DNA of 64,000 bases from the human T2T-CHM13v2.0 reference genome, Homo sapiens, in assembly GCF_009914755.1 (NCBI RefSeq), contig NC_060926.1; one strand, written 5' to 3'. Numbering within the stretch: position 1 is the first letter of the stretch; each line of letters begins with the position of its first letter. The notes under the pieces are model-generated. The model saw only the letters and a list, made by a program, of their open reading frames with translations, was not told the DNA's origin and ran no database searches. The position numbers were made by a program, and so were the translations under genes. Below, one piece after another: positions 11,829-24,760 of the stretch.

Positions 11829-13850
11829 ATGCCAATAGGATGCTATTTTGATTACTATAGTTCTATAGTATAATTTAAAGTCAGTAACATGATTCTTTCA
11901 GTTTTACTACTTTTGCTTAGGATAGTTTTGGCTATTCTGGATCTTTTGTGGTTCCATATAACTTTCAGGATTGTTTCGTCTATTTCTGTGAGGATGTCAT
12001 TGGTATTCTGATAGGGATTGCTTTAAATCTGTAGCTCGATTTGGGTGTTATGGGCATTTTAACAATATTGTGTCCTCCGATCTGTGAACACAAAATATTT
12101 TTCAATTTTTTGGTGTTCTCTTCAATTTCTTTTCTCAGTGTTTTATTGTTTTCATCGTAGAGGTCTTTCACGTCTTTGGTTAATTCCTAGGTTTTTAATT
12201 TTTTGTGTGGCTACTGTAAATGGCATTACATTTTTAATTTCTTTTTCAGATTTCTCACGTTTGGGATATAGAAATGCTACTGATTTTTGTATGTTGATTT
12301 TGTATCCTGCAACTTCGCTGAATTTAACAGTTATAATTGTTTTTTCATGGAGTCTTTAGGTTTTTCCAAATATAGATTATATAATCTGCAAACAAGGATA
12401 ATTGGACTTCTTCCATGTCAATTTGGATGACATTTCTTTCTTTCTCTTGATTGCTCTAGTGAGGACTTCCAGTACTATGTGGAATAACAGTGGTGAAAGT
12501 GGGTGTCCTTGTCATGTTCTAAATCTTAGGGGGAAGGCTTTCAGTTTTTCCCCATTCAGGATGATACTAGCTGTGAGTTTGTCTGTTACATATAGCTTTT
12601 ATTTTGTTGACGTGTGTTCCCTCTATACCCAGTTTTTTGACGGTTTTTATCTTAGAGGGATATTAAATTTTATCAAATGCTTTTTCAGCATCAATTGAAA
12701 TTATCATACGGTTTTTAGCCTTCATTCTTTTGATATAACGTACCACATTGAATGACTTGCCTATGTTGAACCATTCTTGCTTCCCAGGGATAGTCCCCAC
12801 TTGGTCATGATGAATGATCTTTCTAATACCTTGCTGAATTTGATTTGCTAGTATTTTGTTGAGGATTTTTGCATCAATATTCATCAGAGATATTGCCCTG
12901 TAGTTTACTTTTTATTATATGTCTTTATCTGGTTTTGGTATCAGGGTAATATTGGCCTCATAGAATGAGTCTGGAAGTACTCTCTTCTCTATTTTTCAAA
13001 ATGGTGTGAGTAGGATTGGTATTAGTTCTTCTTTAAATATCTGGTGAATGTTTTCTCAGTAAAGATGCATTCTCCCAGCAAAAAATTATCCCAGTAAAGA
13101 TAGCTTCACTGGTGAATTAGATTCTGTTCAGGTTTTGGATTTCTTCCTGGTTCGATGTTTGTAGATTTTATGTGTTCTAGGAATTTGTCCATTTCTTCTA
13201 GATTTTCCAATTTATTGGCATATAATTGCTCATAGTAGCCAGTAATGATCCCATGAATTTCTGCAGTATCAGTTGCAATGTCTCCTTTTACATTTCTGAT
13301 TTTATTTATTTGGATCTTCTCTCCTTATTTCTTAGTCTGGCTATAGGTTTGTTGATTTTGTTCAACTTTTCAAAAAACCTACTTTTTGTTTCATTGATCT
13401 TTTGTATTATTGTCTTCATTTCAATCATTTATTTCTGCTCTGATCTTTATAATTTCTTTTCTTCCACTATTTTGGGTTTGGTGTGCACTTGCTATTTTAG
13501 TTCTTTAAGATGCATTGTTAGATATTTTGTTTGAAGTTTTTTCTCTTTTTTGATGCGGGCACTTAGAGCTATAAACTTTCCTCTTAGTATACCTTTTGCT
13601 ATATCCCATAGGTTTTGGCATGTTGTGTTTCCATTGGAGGCGATTCGAGATTCAAGACTTTTTCTAACTGTTCAGTGTCTTTTTCAGTAATACATAGTTA
13701 AAATCAGGTAGGTACTATGAGGGCTCACCTGGTTTTTGGCTCTTAGGAAGTTTTTTGTTTGTTTGTTTGTTTTTTCTGTGATAATAGTTGTTAACTTGAT
13801 GTTTCCTGTCAGGGAGATGATAGGTGGAGGCTTCTAGTCCATCATCCTCC
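10067..13850 (-). mobile_element. L1MA2-like LINE-1, internally deleted and rearranged (3'UTR, most of ORF2, and the extreme 5' end)
   Basis: L1MA2-type 3'UTR at ~10070-10450. ORF2 peptides appear in the track ([18 protein letters not shown] 12663-12884; [26 protein letters not shown] 11436-11630). L1M1/L1MA2-type 5' terminus at 13636-13850. Many stops and frameshifts. Confidence 0.9.
11781..11825. repeat. (TG)22 microsatellite inside L1MA2
   Basis: Perfect TG run. Confidence 0.97.
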
Positions 13851-14200
13851 ATTTGGTTTTTCTAAAATGACATAGTTTTAAAAACTCTACATTCTGAAAA
13901 AAAAAGAACATTTTAATAACTTTAGATTTCAAATAAAAAATTACAGAAAATGAATAAAATTCATGTATTCCATCTATAATTTTTTATGCTTTAAGTCAGT
14001 GGAATAGCATCTGCTGATTATGGGGAGAAGGGGACTAACCCAACAATATTATATTCAAGATAAATGTGATTTATCATCTGTCAGGATGGAATGAAAACAT
14101 TGAAAGAAATGCAATTATTTATGACATCTGAGAAAAACAACACAAAGAAGGATTCTAAATAACAATAAATATAATAGTTTAGAACTTGGTATAGAAGATG
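13851..14200 (+). mobile_element. Very old HAL1/L1M ORF1-like remnant, probably continuous with ~9930-10066 and split by L1MA2
   Basis: A-rich sequence resembling HAL1/L1 ORF1 segments on both sides of the L1MA2; similarity is weak. Confidence 0.35.
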
Positions 14201-15299
14201 AAGAAGAAAAGAAACAATGCTAATCAATGCTCTTTGGTTTCTCTAACAAAACATATATCTCTCTCATTTTCTCTCTGTCTCTGTCTTTCTCTGCTTCTTT
14301 ATTCACACACGCACACACACATACATACACACACACATACTTAAAACCAAATAGATGAAAAGCATTGTCTTGAAATTACTAAATAATGCCAACTAAACAG
14401 AGGAAAATAAAGAGAATTAAGTGAAATCATTCAAAAAGTTTCATTCAGGGCAGGTAACAAGGGTAGAGAGTTGCAGCGGGGAAGGGATGTCAGAATATTC
14501 TAAACTTATCTTGAAGTAGAAGTTGGGGAAATACAGTATCTTGGCAAGACAGCATTTAGATAGGGAAAGGGTTGGTATGTTGTTTTCTAATAAAAATAGA
14601 GAAATATTTATCTAAATAGAAGAGCACATATGGGAAGATGGCCATTAATAGAATGAGAAGGTACAATAAAATGTTCAAATTAAAAAAAGAAAATGAAAGA
14701 AATCACATCTTGCTGTAACTAGAAAAAGTAATCAAAAGACCAGAGGAAAACACAGGATACAGTATAAAATACTGAACTTAGTTTACATGGAAGAAATAAA
14801 GCTTTTATTTTAAAGTATTTAAGCTATACAAGTATATAAAATTGTTAATCATCTTAATAAGACAGATATAGCCCTAGCAAAAAAAGTATAAAATCTGGGC
14901 AAACAAAAAGACCTAAACAAATAATATAATGTTTTGAAATGAAAAACTTACTGTGATAAAACTAAAATTGTCCCAAATGTATATTTATATTTCCAAATAA
15001 TATTTGCTGTACATTTACATTCACCATTAATGGTGTAATTCCAATTAGAGACAGTAGGGATTGTGGGGATATTGGACAAAATAGTAAAAAATATTTGTTT
15101 AGAATATGTATTTAAGAAAAATCAAGAAAATTACACACGCACACATACACAGACATTCATACATGCAAAAGGTCTTTTTGGGTTTGTGTTTGTATATCTG
15201 TAGTTGTGAAGGGGTATGCACCTTATCTGGTGTCAGTTACTACTCCACAGTAAAATCAGTTAAAACAGAGGAAAGCATTTACAAAATATATTCTAGCAT

Positions 15300-15930
15300 A
15301 CGTAAGAATTTAAAATAAGAAGAGACTGATAGTCAATTCAGTGTGAAATGACATTATTAAACCAATGATACTTAATGTCTGGCTAACCAATGGGAAAAGA
15401 TAAAAATTGACTCCATTCTTCTGTTTTATACACTATAATTTTACGTAGATTTAAGGCTTGTGTATAAAAATAAATCTAGAATCAGAGGATACTTTAATTT
15501 TATAAAAATAATATATGCATATGTGATTAAGTATAATATTTGTGTAGAAAATATATTACAATTATTTAATAAGCAAATGACTGACTTGAGAAATAATTAT
15601 AATGTAGATTGCATAAGAAGTTGTTAATGTCTACAGTCTATTGCTGGGAGGGGTTAAGGTAAAAACATGTTCACATATTGAAAATGAATGTGAATTGTTA
15701 ACAGCTTTTTGGAGACCAACTTGGAGATATCTATTAAAATTAAAAATACCAATATATTTTAATGCAGTAATACCACTTCTGGAAAACTTTATCTTAGAAT
15801 TCAAAGCAATTGTAGTAAATCTATATGTGTAAGTATGTTTATAGTAGTATTGCTTATAATGGCAAAAACAAATATTCTTGCCATTAACAGGGAAATTATT
15901 GTTTAGATTATGTCATGTTCTTTTAAAAGC
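15300..15930 (+). mobile_element. L1ME-type ORF2/3' end remnant
   Basis: CTGGCTAACCAATGGGAAAAGATAAAAATTGACTCC...GATTTAAGGC and GTGAATTGTTAACAGCTTTTTGGAGACCAACTTGG...CCACTTCTGGAAA are old L1 motifs. Confidence 0.6.
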
Positions 15931-15964
15931 TTTCCTTAAAAAAGGAAATTTTTTCTTCCTTTTT

Positions 15965-16626
15965 TTAAAAAAATTGTACAGCAAAGGAAACAATAGTTGA
16001 CAGAGAACCTACTTAATGAGAGAAAATATGTGCAAATCATCTATCGGATAAGGAGACAATTTCCAAAATACATAATATATAAGGAACTCATGTAGCTCCA
16101 CTGCAAAACATTCATAACCCAATTTTTAAAATGGGCTAAGACTTGAACAGACACTTTTCTAAAGGAGATATACAAATGGCCATTGAGTATATAAACAGAT
16201 GCTCAATGTCATTCATCATCAGGGAAATGCCAATTAAAACCAAAATGAGATATTATCTCATACAAATTTAGATGGCCACAATCAAAAGAACAGGAAATAA
16301 TAAGTATTGGCCAGGGTATAGATAAATTGGAACACTTCAACACTGTTGGTAGGAATGCAAAATTGTGCAGCTGCTACAGAAAAGAATATGGAAAGTCATC
16401 AAAAAAATAAAAATAGCACTCCCATAAGAACCAGAAATTCTACTTCTGGGTATACAGTCAAAAGAATTAAAATCAGTATTATGAAAAAGTATTGGCACTC
16501 CAATGCTTACTGTGCCATTATTCACAATAGTCAAGATATGCAAAGAGCCTAAATGTCCATCAATGGATAAATGAATAAATAAAATGGGATATATATGTGC
16601 AATGAAATATTATTCAACCTTTAAAA
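15965..16626 (+). mobile_element. L1MA/L1MB ORF2 C-terminal fragment
   Basis: GTACAGCAAAGGAAACAAT...CATCATCAGGGAAATGCAATTAAAACC...CCTAAATGTCCATCAATGGATAAATGAATA. Confidence 0.85.
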
Positions 16627-17199
16627 TTGAGTACTTTGATAAAATACTCTTATTTGAGAAAAAAGATATAAAAATTATATCCAATATAATCATACATTTT
16701 AAAATGACATTTTTAATATATATTCACATATAATTACATAAGCATGGAGAAATAACTGGAACATAGTAGTGATGGTGCGCAGACAGAATAGAAAAGGAGA
16801 TGAACTAAGTAAAAAAAGATTAGAATAAAGATTGTACAACATACAAAACATATATATAACCAGAGTTATGTGTTAATAACGTGTACGTGTGTGTGTATGT
16901 CTGTGTATGTGTGTGACTGTGTCTTTACAGCTAGTGAGAATTTATTCCTTTAAAGTAAAATAAAGTTATTGGTACACAAAAGACCTCTCAAATTTTTAAG
17001 TGACTGCCTTCCACTATCCCTCCTCTCAACTTCTCTACCCTACTAGAAGGAAGGAGATGACTTACTGGAAGAATAGCAGCTAAACAGACAAACATAGGAA
17101 CAAAGAAAAAGAAATAGTCTTGGCAATATTGTGAAGCCAAAAGAAAACAAGCAATCTCCCCTATTTCATTCCAAAAAGAAAAAGAAAAAAGTACAGCAC

Positions 17200-17813
17200 C
17201 ATCAGCTTGCTTCTTGCCTTTTCTGATAACATTAGTATTATATTTATTTTCCTTTCAGTCTACTGCTTCTAAAATGGTCAATAGTAGTGTGATGGGATTC
17301 CACCACTACTGATTTTTCTCTTTTATTTCTTATCCACTTGAAGATTTCTTTTGATTCACTCAGTTATTTTTCTATTTCTATTCATGACACAAGTTTCATG
17401 TATTCTACAACTCTTAAGCCACCAAGTACCATGAGGCATGTCTGGCCTTCCCTGAAATAAGAATTGTATCCACACTATTTTCGTTAACCAGACAATTGTT
17501 AGTTGCAAAATCATTTAAGCTTTCCCAGCGCGGTGCCACAGTCATGGGAATCCATGACACCATTTGTGAGTGGGTCAGTAGAAATAAGGCACAGATACAT
17601 ACTCACCATATAAACAAGCATTTACCTTTCTTGGGTAAAAACAACACAAAAAAGCCACAGCTGGTAATTTTAGAAGAGTTCATTTAAGTGGTGGAAGGAC
17701 CCTCCTTCTTTTTACTTTATGAATGCGGTCTCTGGGTATGGGGTCTGATGTGTCCATTGTGGAGTGGAAGTCCCACAAACTAAGGTGAATACTCAGTCTC
17801 CTGGCTCACAGAC
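17200..17813 (-). mobile_element. Decayed ERVL-like LTR 3' part, PBS and gag-like start (family not named)
   Basis: On the minus strand an LTR-like segment ends ...CTCACA at 17565 and is followed by AATGGTGTCA (PBS-like). Frameshifted gag-like peptides follow (SWYLVA...IKRNLQVDKK...GGIP/LLLTILEAV). The family assignment is inference. Confidence 0.5.
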
Positions 17814-17879
17814 TTTTTTTTTTTTTTTTTTTTTCCACATTGACTTTATTTTTTCATTGGAAGAAAATGCCTGCCAAGT

Positions 17880-18920
<1,041 letters not shown>

Positions 18921-19096
18921 AGGGAGAAAGAGGAATGGTGCATCATCATTTCAACTTGTAAATCTTTAAATATCTACTTTAACTACTGTAGCATCTGGAC
19001 CCAGTGCCTGAATTTTTAATGTAGAATTTCCCACTATGCTGCAGGCTTAGGAACTTTACAAATTCACAACTAGGGCTTTCAAAAATTGTAGAGATT

Positions 19097-19437
19097 TTCC
19101 ACCACTATTGCCTTTTCTCTTTTATTTCTTATCCACTTGAGGATTCCCTTTGGTTCACTCAGTGATTTTACTATTTTCATTCATGAGACAAGTTTCATGT
19201 ATTCCACAATACTTAGCCCACTAAATACCATGAGGCATATCTGGTCTGGCCTCCCCTGAAATAGGAATTATATCTTCACTGTTTTCATTAACCAGACAAT
19301 CGTTAGCCACAAAGTCATTTAAGGCATCCTAGCTCAGTGCCACAATCATGGGAACCCATGACACCATTTGTGGTTGGGTCAGTAGATATAAGACACAGAT
19401 ATAAACTCACTATATAAATAGATATTTACCTTTCTTG
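19097..19437. repeat. Diverged direct duplicate of 17298-17633
   Basis: Colinear over ~335 bp (TTCCACCACTA...CTTATCCACTTGA...CATGACACCATTTGTG...ATTTACCTTTCTTG); roughly 80% identity by eye. Confidence 0.92.
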
Positions 19438-19459
19438 AAGGTGTATCAGGCTACAGCTT

Positions 19460-19875
19460 ATTACAAGGCATGAAAGGCACTTTATAAAATGATTGTTCCT
19501 ATCTCCCATTCTGACCTCCCTTACTGCAACACAGCAAGCCCCTTTATTCCAGCCATACTAAATTTCTTGTATTTCCCAAAATGCCATATGCTGGCATACA
19601 TCTATAATCTTGTACAACATATCTGTCTACATGGTATACCCTTCCCAGTTCACTCCTCATTCCTTATCCTCTTCTAATATTAATATCAAAACTCATCTTC
19701 TTTCAGAAACTTTCTCAGCCCCAAAGATGTCTCTGCATCTTATGTTTACCTGCAGGATGAACTATCTAATTGTTGGTTTGTTTAGCTCTTAGCCTAGAAT
19801 ATTTTGAGCCCCCAAGTTTTCTCTTTTATATCCTTCTCCAATGCTTAGTTCATTATAAGGCACAAATTGATTCCA
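19460..19875 (+). mobile_element. L2 fragment
   Basis: TCCAGCCATACTAAATTTCTTGTATTTCCC...CTTCTTTCAGAAACTTTCTCAGCCCC is typical of the L2c 3' region. Confidence 0.55.
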
Positions 19876-19879
19876 ATAA

Positions 19880-19996
19880 TAAAAAGCCCAGAGCCAGATT
19901 GTCTGGTATAAAATCCTAGCTCTGACAGTTACTAGCTGTGTGACTTCAACAAGTCACCTAAACACTCTTAGGCTTAGTTTCCATTTATGTAAAGTT
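19880..19996 (+). mobile_element. MIR, 5' half (continues at ~23205-23315)
   Basis: GAGCCAGATTGTCTGG...AAATCCTAGCTCTGACAGTTACTAGCTGTGTGACTT; resumes after the L1 with GGGATAGTAATAGTA...AGAATAATGCCTGGCACAT. Confidence 0.8.
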
Positions 19997-20692
19997 ACTG
20001 TGCAGAAAAACTTTAGTTTAATTAGGTTCCACTTGTCAATTTTTGTTTTTGTTGTAATTGCTTTTGAGGATTTAGCCACAAATTATTAGCCATGGCCAAT
20101 GTCAAGAATGGTATTTCCTAGGTTTTCTTCTAGGATTTTTATCATTTGAGGTCTTACATTTAAATCTTTACTTCATCTGAAGTTAATTTTTGCATATGGT
20201 GAAAGCTAAGGGTTCAATTTCATTCTTCTTGATATGGCTAGCCAGTAATGCCAACACCATTTATTGAATAGGGATTGATTTCCCCATTGCTTATTTTTGT
20301 CGACACTGTAAAAGATCCTATGGTTGTAGGTGTGCAACTTTCTTTCTGGGTTTTCTATTCTGTTCCATTTTCCATGTACCTGTTTCTGTGCCAGTACCAT
20401 GCTCTTTGGTTACTGTAGCCTTATAGTATAGTTTGAAGTTGTAATATGAGGCATGCAGCTTTGTTCTTTTTGTTTAGAACTGCTTTGTCTATTTGGGCTC
20501 TTTCTTGGTTCCATATAAATTTTAGAATAGGGTTTTCTAATTCTGTGAAAAACTGATGTTGGTAGTTTGATAAAAAAAAGTGTTGAATCTTTAAATTGAT
20601 TTGGGCAGTATGGCCATTTTAACCATATTGATTCTTCCAATCCATAAGCACGGGGTACTTTTCCATTTATTTGTCTTGTCTCTGATTTCTTT

Positions 20693-20962
20693 TTTTTCTT
20701 ATTATACTCTAAGTTCTAGGGTACATGTGCACAACGTGCAGGTTTGTTACATATGTATACATGGGCCATGTTGGTGTGTTGCACCCGTTAACTCGTCATT
20801 TACATTAGGTATATCTCCTAATGCTATCCCTCCCCCCTCCCCCAACCTTATGACAAGCCCCGATGCGTGGTGTTCCCTGCCCTGTGTCCAAGTGCTCTCA
20901 TTGTTCAATTCCCACCTATGAGTGAGAGCATGTGGTGTTTGGTTTTCTGTGCTTGCGATAGT
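20693..20962 (-). mobile_element. 5'-truncated L1PA (L1PA5-like) 3'UTR stub
   Basis: TTATTATACTCTAAGTTCTAGGGTACATGTGCACAACGTGCAGG...CCCGTTAACTCGTCATTTACATTAGG; TSD CTGATTT(C/T)TTT at ~20682 and ~20964. Confidence 0.9.
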
Positions 20963-21034
20963 CCTGATTTTTTTCAGCAGCGTTTTGTAGTTGTAGAAAT
21001 ATTTTACCTCCTTGGCTAGCTGTATTTCTAGATA

Positions 21035-21036
<2 letters not shown>

Positions 21037-21081
<45 letters not shown>
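21037..21081. repeat. (TG)22 microsatellite inside L1
   Basis: Perfect TG run. Confidence 0.97.
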
Positions 21082-21082
<1 letters not shown>

Positions 21083-21403
21083 TATGGTAAATGGGATTGT
21101 GTTCTTGATTTAGTTTTCAACTATAATGTTATTGGTGTACAGAAATGCTACGGATTTTTGTACATTTATTTTATATCCTAAAATTTACTGATGTTTATCA
21201 TTTCTAGGAGAAGACTCTTTAGGGTTTTATAGGTATAGAATCGTATCATCAGCAAAGAGAGATAATTGAAAAATTATGCATCTGACAAAGGTCTAATATG
21301 CAGAGTCTGTAAGAAGCTTATAACAAGCAAAAAGCAAATAACCCCATTAAAGAACAGGTAAAGGACATGAACAGACACTTCTCAAAATAAAACATTCAAT
21401 CAG

Positions 21404-22411
21404 TGTGATGGTTAATTTCACTCGCATCTGTGTGAAGAGACCACCAAACAGGCTTTGTGTGAGCAACAAGGCTGTTTATTTCACCTGGGTGCAGGAGGGC
21501 TGAGTCGGAAAAGAGAGTCAGCAGCGAAGGGACATAGGGGTGGGGCCGTTTTATAAGATTTGGTTAGGTAAAGGAAAATTACAGTCAAAGCGGGGTTGTT
21601 CTCTGGCAGGCAGGAGTGGGGGTCACAAGGTGCTCAGTAGGGGAGCTTTTGAGCCAGGATGAGCCAGGAGAAGGAATTTCACAAGATAATGTCATGAGTT
21701 AAGGCAGGAACAGGCCATTTTCACTTCTTTTGTGGTGGAATGTCATCCGTTAAGGCAGGAACCGGCCATCTGGATGTGTACGTGCAGGTCACAGGGGATA
21801 TGATGGCTTAGCTTGGGCTCAGAGGCCTGACAGTTAATATTAGGTGTTAATTTGATTGCATTGAAGGATGCCTAGATGGCTAGTAAAGTGTTGTTTCTGG
21901 CTGTGTCTGTGAGTGTGTTGTCAGCGGAGATTGGCATTTGAGTCAGTGGACTGGCAGAGGAAAACCTACCCTCAGTGTGGGTAGGCACCTTCCAATCAGC
22001 TGCCAACCCAGCAAAAACAAAGCAGCCATAAGAAGATAGGATAACTTTGCTTGATGGGTCTCTGGGTGTCTTCTCTTTCTCATGTTGAATGCTTCCTTCC
22101 ATTCCCCCTGCCCTTGGACATCAGACTCCAGGTTCTCTGGCCTTTGGACTCTTGGACTTACATCAAGTGGTTTGCAGGAGGCTCTTGGGCCTTTGGCCGC
22201 AGACTAAGGCTACACTGTCGGCTTCCCTAGTTTTGAGGCTTTCAGATTCGGACTGAGCCACTACTGGCTTCTTTCCCTTCCCCAGCTTGCAGAAAGCTTA
22301 TCACAGGACTTTACCTTGTGATTGTATGAGCCAATTCTCTCTAATAAACTTCCTTTCACATATACACGTATCCTATTAGTTCTGTCCCTATGGAGAAACT
22401 TGACTAATACA
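21404..22411 (+). mobile_element. MLT2B3-like solo LTR (HERV-L), split by LTR7
   Basis: TGTGATGGTTAA / TATTAGGTGTTAATTTGATTGCATTGAAGGATGCCTAGATGGC...TGACTAATACA. Confidence 0.85.
21416..21832 (-). mobile_element. LTR7 (HERV-H) solo LTR
   Basis: Reverse complement of TGTCAGGCCTCTGAGCCCAAGCTAAGCC...GAGTGAAA; 5-bp TSD GTTAA (21411-21415 and 21833-21837). Confidence 0.96.
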
Positions 22412-24181
22412 AACGAACAGCAAACATCTGAAAAAATTCTCATCGCTAATTATCAGAGAAATGCAAACTGAGCCACAATGAGATACTAGCTCATATGAGT
22501 CAAAATGGCTGTTATTAAAGAGTCAAAATATAACAGATGTGGATGAGGTTGTGGAGAAACAGAAATGCTTATACACTGTTGCCAGGAAAGTATGTTAGTT
22601 CAGCCACTGTGAAAAACAGTTTGGAGACTTCTCAAACTTAAAACAGAATTACATTTAACCCAGCAATGTCATGACTGGGTATATACCCAAAGGAAAATAA
22701 ATCATTGTACGAAAAGGATACATGTGCTCATATGTTCATCACAGCGCTATTCATGATAGTGAAGACATGGAATCAACCTAGATGCCCACCAATGGTTCAT
22801 TGGATAAACAAAATAAAGTTGATAAAGAAATACATCATGGAATACTATGCAGCCATAAACAAGAATAGAATAATGCCCTTTGCAGCAACATGGATGCAGC
22901 CAGAGGTAATTATCCTAAGCTAATTCATTTGGCAACAGAAAACCAAATACCACATGCGGGAGCTAAATATTGTATACGCATGGACATAATGATGGGAATA
23001 ATAGACATCAGGGACTACTAGAGGGGAGAGGGAGGGAGGAGAAAAGGCCTGAAAAAGTACCTGCCCAGTACTATGTGCTCTTCCTGAGTGCCAGAATCAT
23101 TTGTACAGCAAACCTCGGCATCACACAATATACTCTTGTAACACATTTTCACATTTATCCTCTGAATCTAAAATAAAAACTGAAGTTATTTAACAATAAA
23201 TAAATGAAGTTGGGATAGTAATAGTATGAAGTCAAATATGTAAAGAATTTAGAATAATGCCTGGCACATTGTAAACACTGCATAAAAGCTTACTATTATT
23301 ATTATTATTACTATTACTAAATAGCTATTCCTATTAGGTTGAAGATCAAATATTATGCTTAAAGGTAGAACAGCTGTAGTTTGAAGAAAGACCTTGGAAC
23401 TTGACAAAATGCTGTATTTTCTTATTATGCTTATAAAAAGCATAATCAGTAGACAAGGCTTTAGGACCATAAACTGGACTTATAAATGAAATCAAAATTC
23501 TTAGGTTAATTTAAAACAACCAGATAGATATGGGCTATTACATGTAATTTTGAATTTTCAAAAAATTACTCTCATCTTTAGCACCACTGATGCAAAAAAA
23601 ATACATAGTATGTTAGGCTGAGTTCTCCACTCATATAACTTGGCATAACGTTTCTTTTGTTTTATTGTGTCATGGCTTTGGTGTAGCTTCTATGACACTT
23701 TGGATTTAGATTATTTCATGAACATCCAGAGGGTAGAATGTCACCTAATGAATCATTAATACTGCTGTAGCAGCATGATTTTCCATGATACTTTCTTCCT
23801 GAATGGTAACCTGACTTGACCCTAATGATTCTGGGAACTAATAGAATCATAGCTCATCTGGCTGTATATATAATAATAGGGATAGATGCACAGAGAACAT
23901 TCTTTCCATTTTATCAGCAATGGAATGGATCCATTTGGTGATAATCATTATGTGAACAGATGATGGATTTATTCACTCATTCATGAGGTTCCATACAGCT
24001 TCCTTTCTCAATTGTCTATGTAAACTAGATGGTTCCTTCACTACAGGAAACTTGAGGTATTTTTCCACTACAGAAAACTTGAGGTAGTTTTTCATGTCCC
24101 TGTAAGAAAAGAGTTTTTAAAAGATGCTATAGAAGGCAAACTATAAGTACTCTTTAAAAAGTATTTTTAAAAATCACAGAC

Positions 24182-24591
24182 TATTTAACAGGAGTTTTCC
24201 AGGAAACAGACCCTGAGTCTATGATGTACTTACAGGAAGTTTATTGAGGTGTGATATCTGCAGCAATACCTGTAAGGGAGCAGCAGCAGAATGCAAAACA
24301 AAAGGAGTCAAGTATAATGCAGTTGTACAAAGGGATCACATGATCCAAAGGTACTACAATCCTACTGGGCCTTCTTAAGCTGGGATGGCCTTCCAGAGAT
24401 GTCCCAGATTGAGGAATGAGAATCAGGCTTGTATTTTTGCATCAACTAATCATTGATATCATGGTACCCAAGAGGGGAACATAAACTTGAATGAAGTAAT
24501 GGGAAGTCAAGAGTTGAACCATCAGCAGTCAGCACTTCTGGCAGCTGAGGAAATAGGCAAAGTGAGTGTCACACTACAATATCTCTATACA
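24182..24591 (-). mobile_element. LTR16A-like ERVL solo LTR
   Basis: GGAAACAGACCCTGAG...AGGAAGTTTATTG...GCTGGGATGGCCTTCCAGAGATGTCCCAGATTGAGG...CATCAGCAGTCAGCACTTCTGGCAGCTG. Confidence 0.75.
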
Positions 24592-24683
24592 CAGAAATCT
24601 CCAAAGATCAGCCATGATACACTAAATCTTCTACATTCAATCATGATGTCTTCCATGTGTTCCAAATCACACCAATTGTGTAT

Positions 24684-24684
<1 letters not shown>

Positions 24685-24733
<49 letters not shown>

Positions 24734-24760
24734 TGGCGAGGTGGACAGAGGGCGAGAGAG
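24685..24760. repeat. Compound (TG)n(AG)n microsatellite
   Basis: TG run directly followed by an AG run that decays into GA-rich sequence. Confidence 0.9.

Larger units (their letters stand above)
19997..21269 (-). mobile_element. Inverted 5' segment (ORF2) of L1PA16-like element
   Basis: Reverse-strand ORF2 (track 20206-20400: KWNRIENPE...SLFNKWCW) abuts a plus-strand continuation at ~21271. Confidence 0.85.
21271..23204 (+). mobile_element. L1PA16-like 3' segment (ORF2 C-terminus and 3'UTR), interrupted by MLT2B3/LTR7
   Basis: ORF2 peptide KDTCAHMFITALFMIVKTWNQPRCP (22705-22923); 3'UTR GGGACTACTAGAGGGGAGAGGGAGGG...CTGAATCTAAAATAAAA. Confidence 0.88.

Noticed and set aside
11436-12884. L1 ORF2-like peptides as a functional reverse transcriptase gene
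   Set aside because: Fragmented by stops, frameshifts and a microsatellite; ORF1 and the endonuclease region are missing
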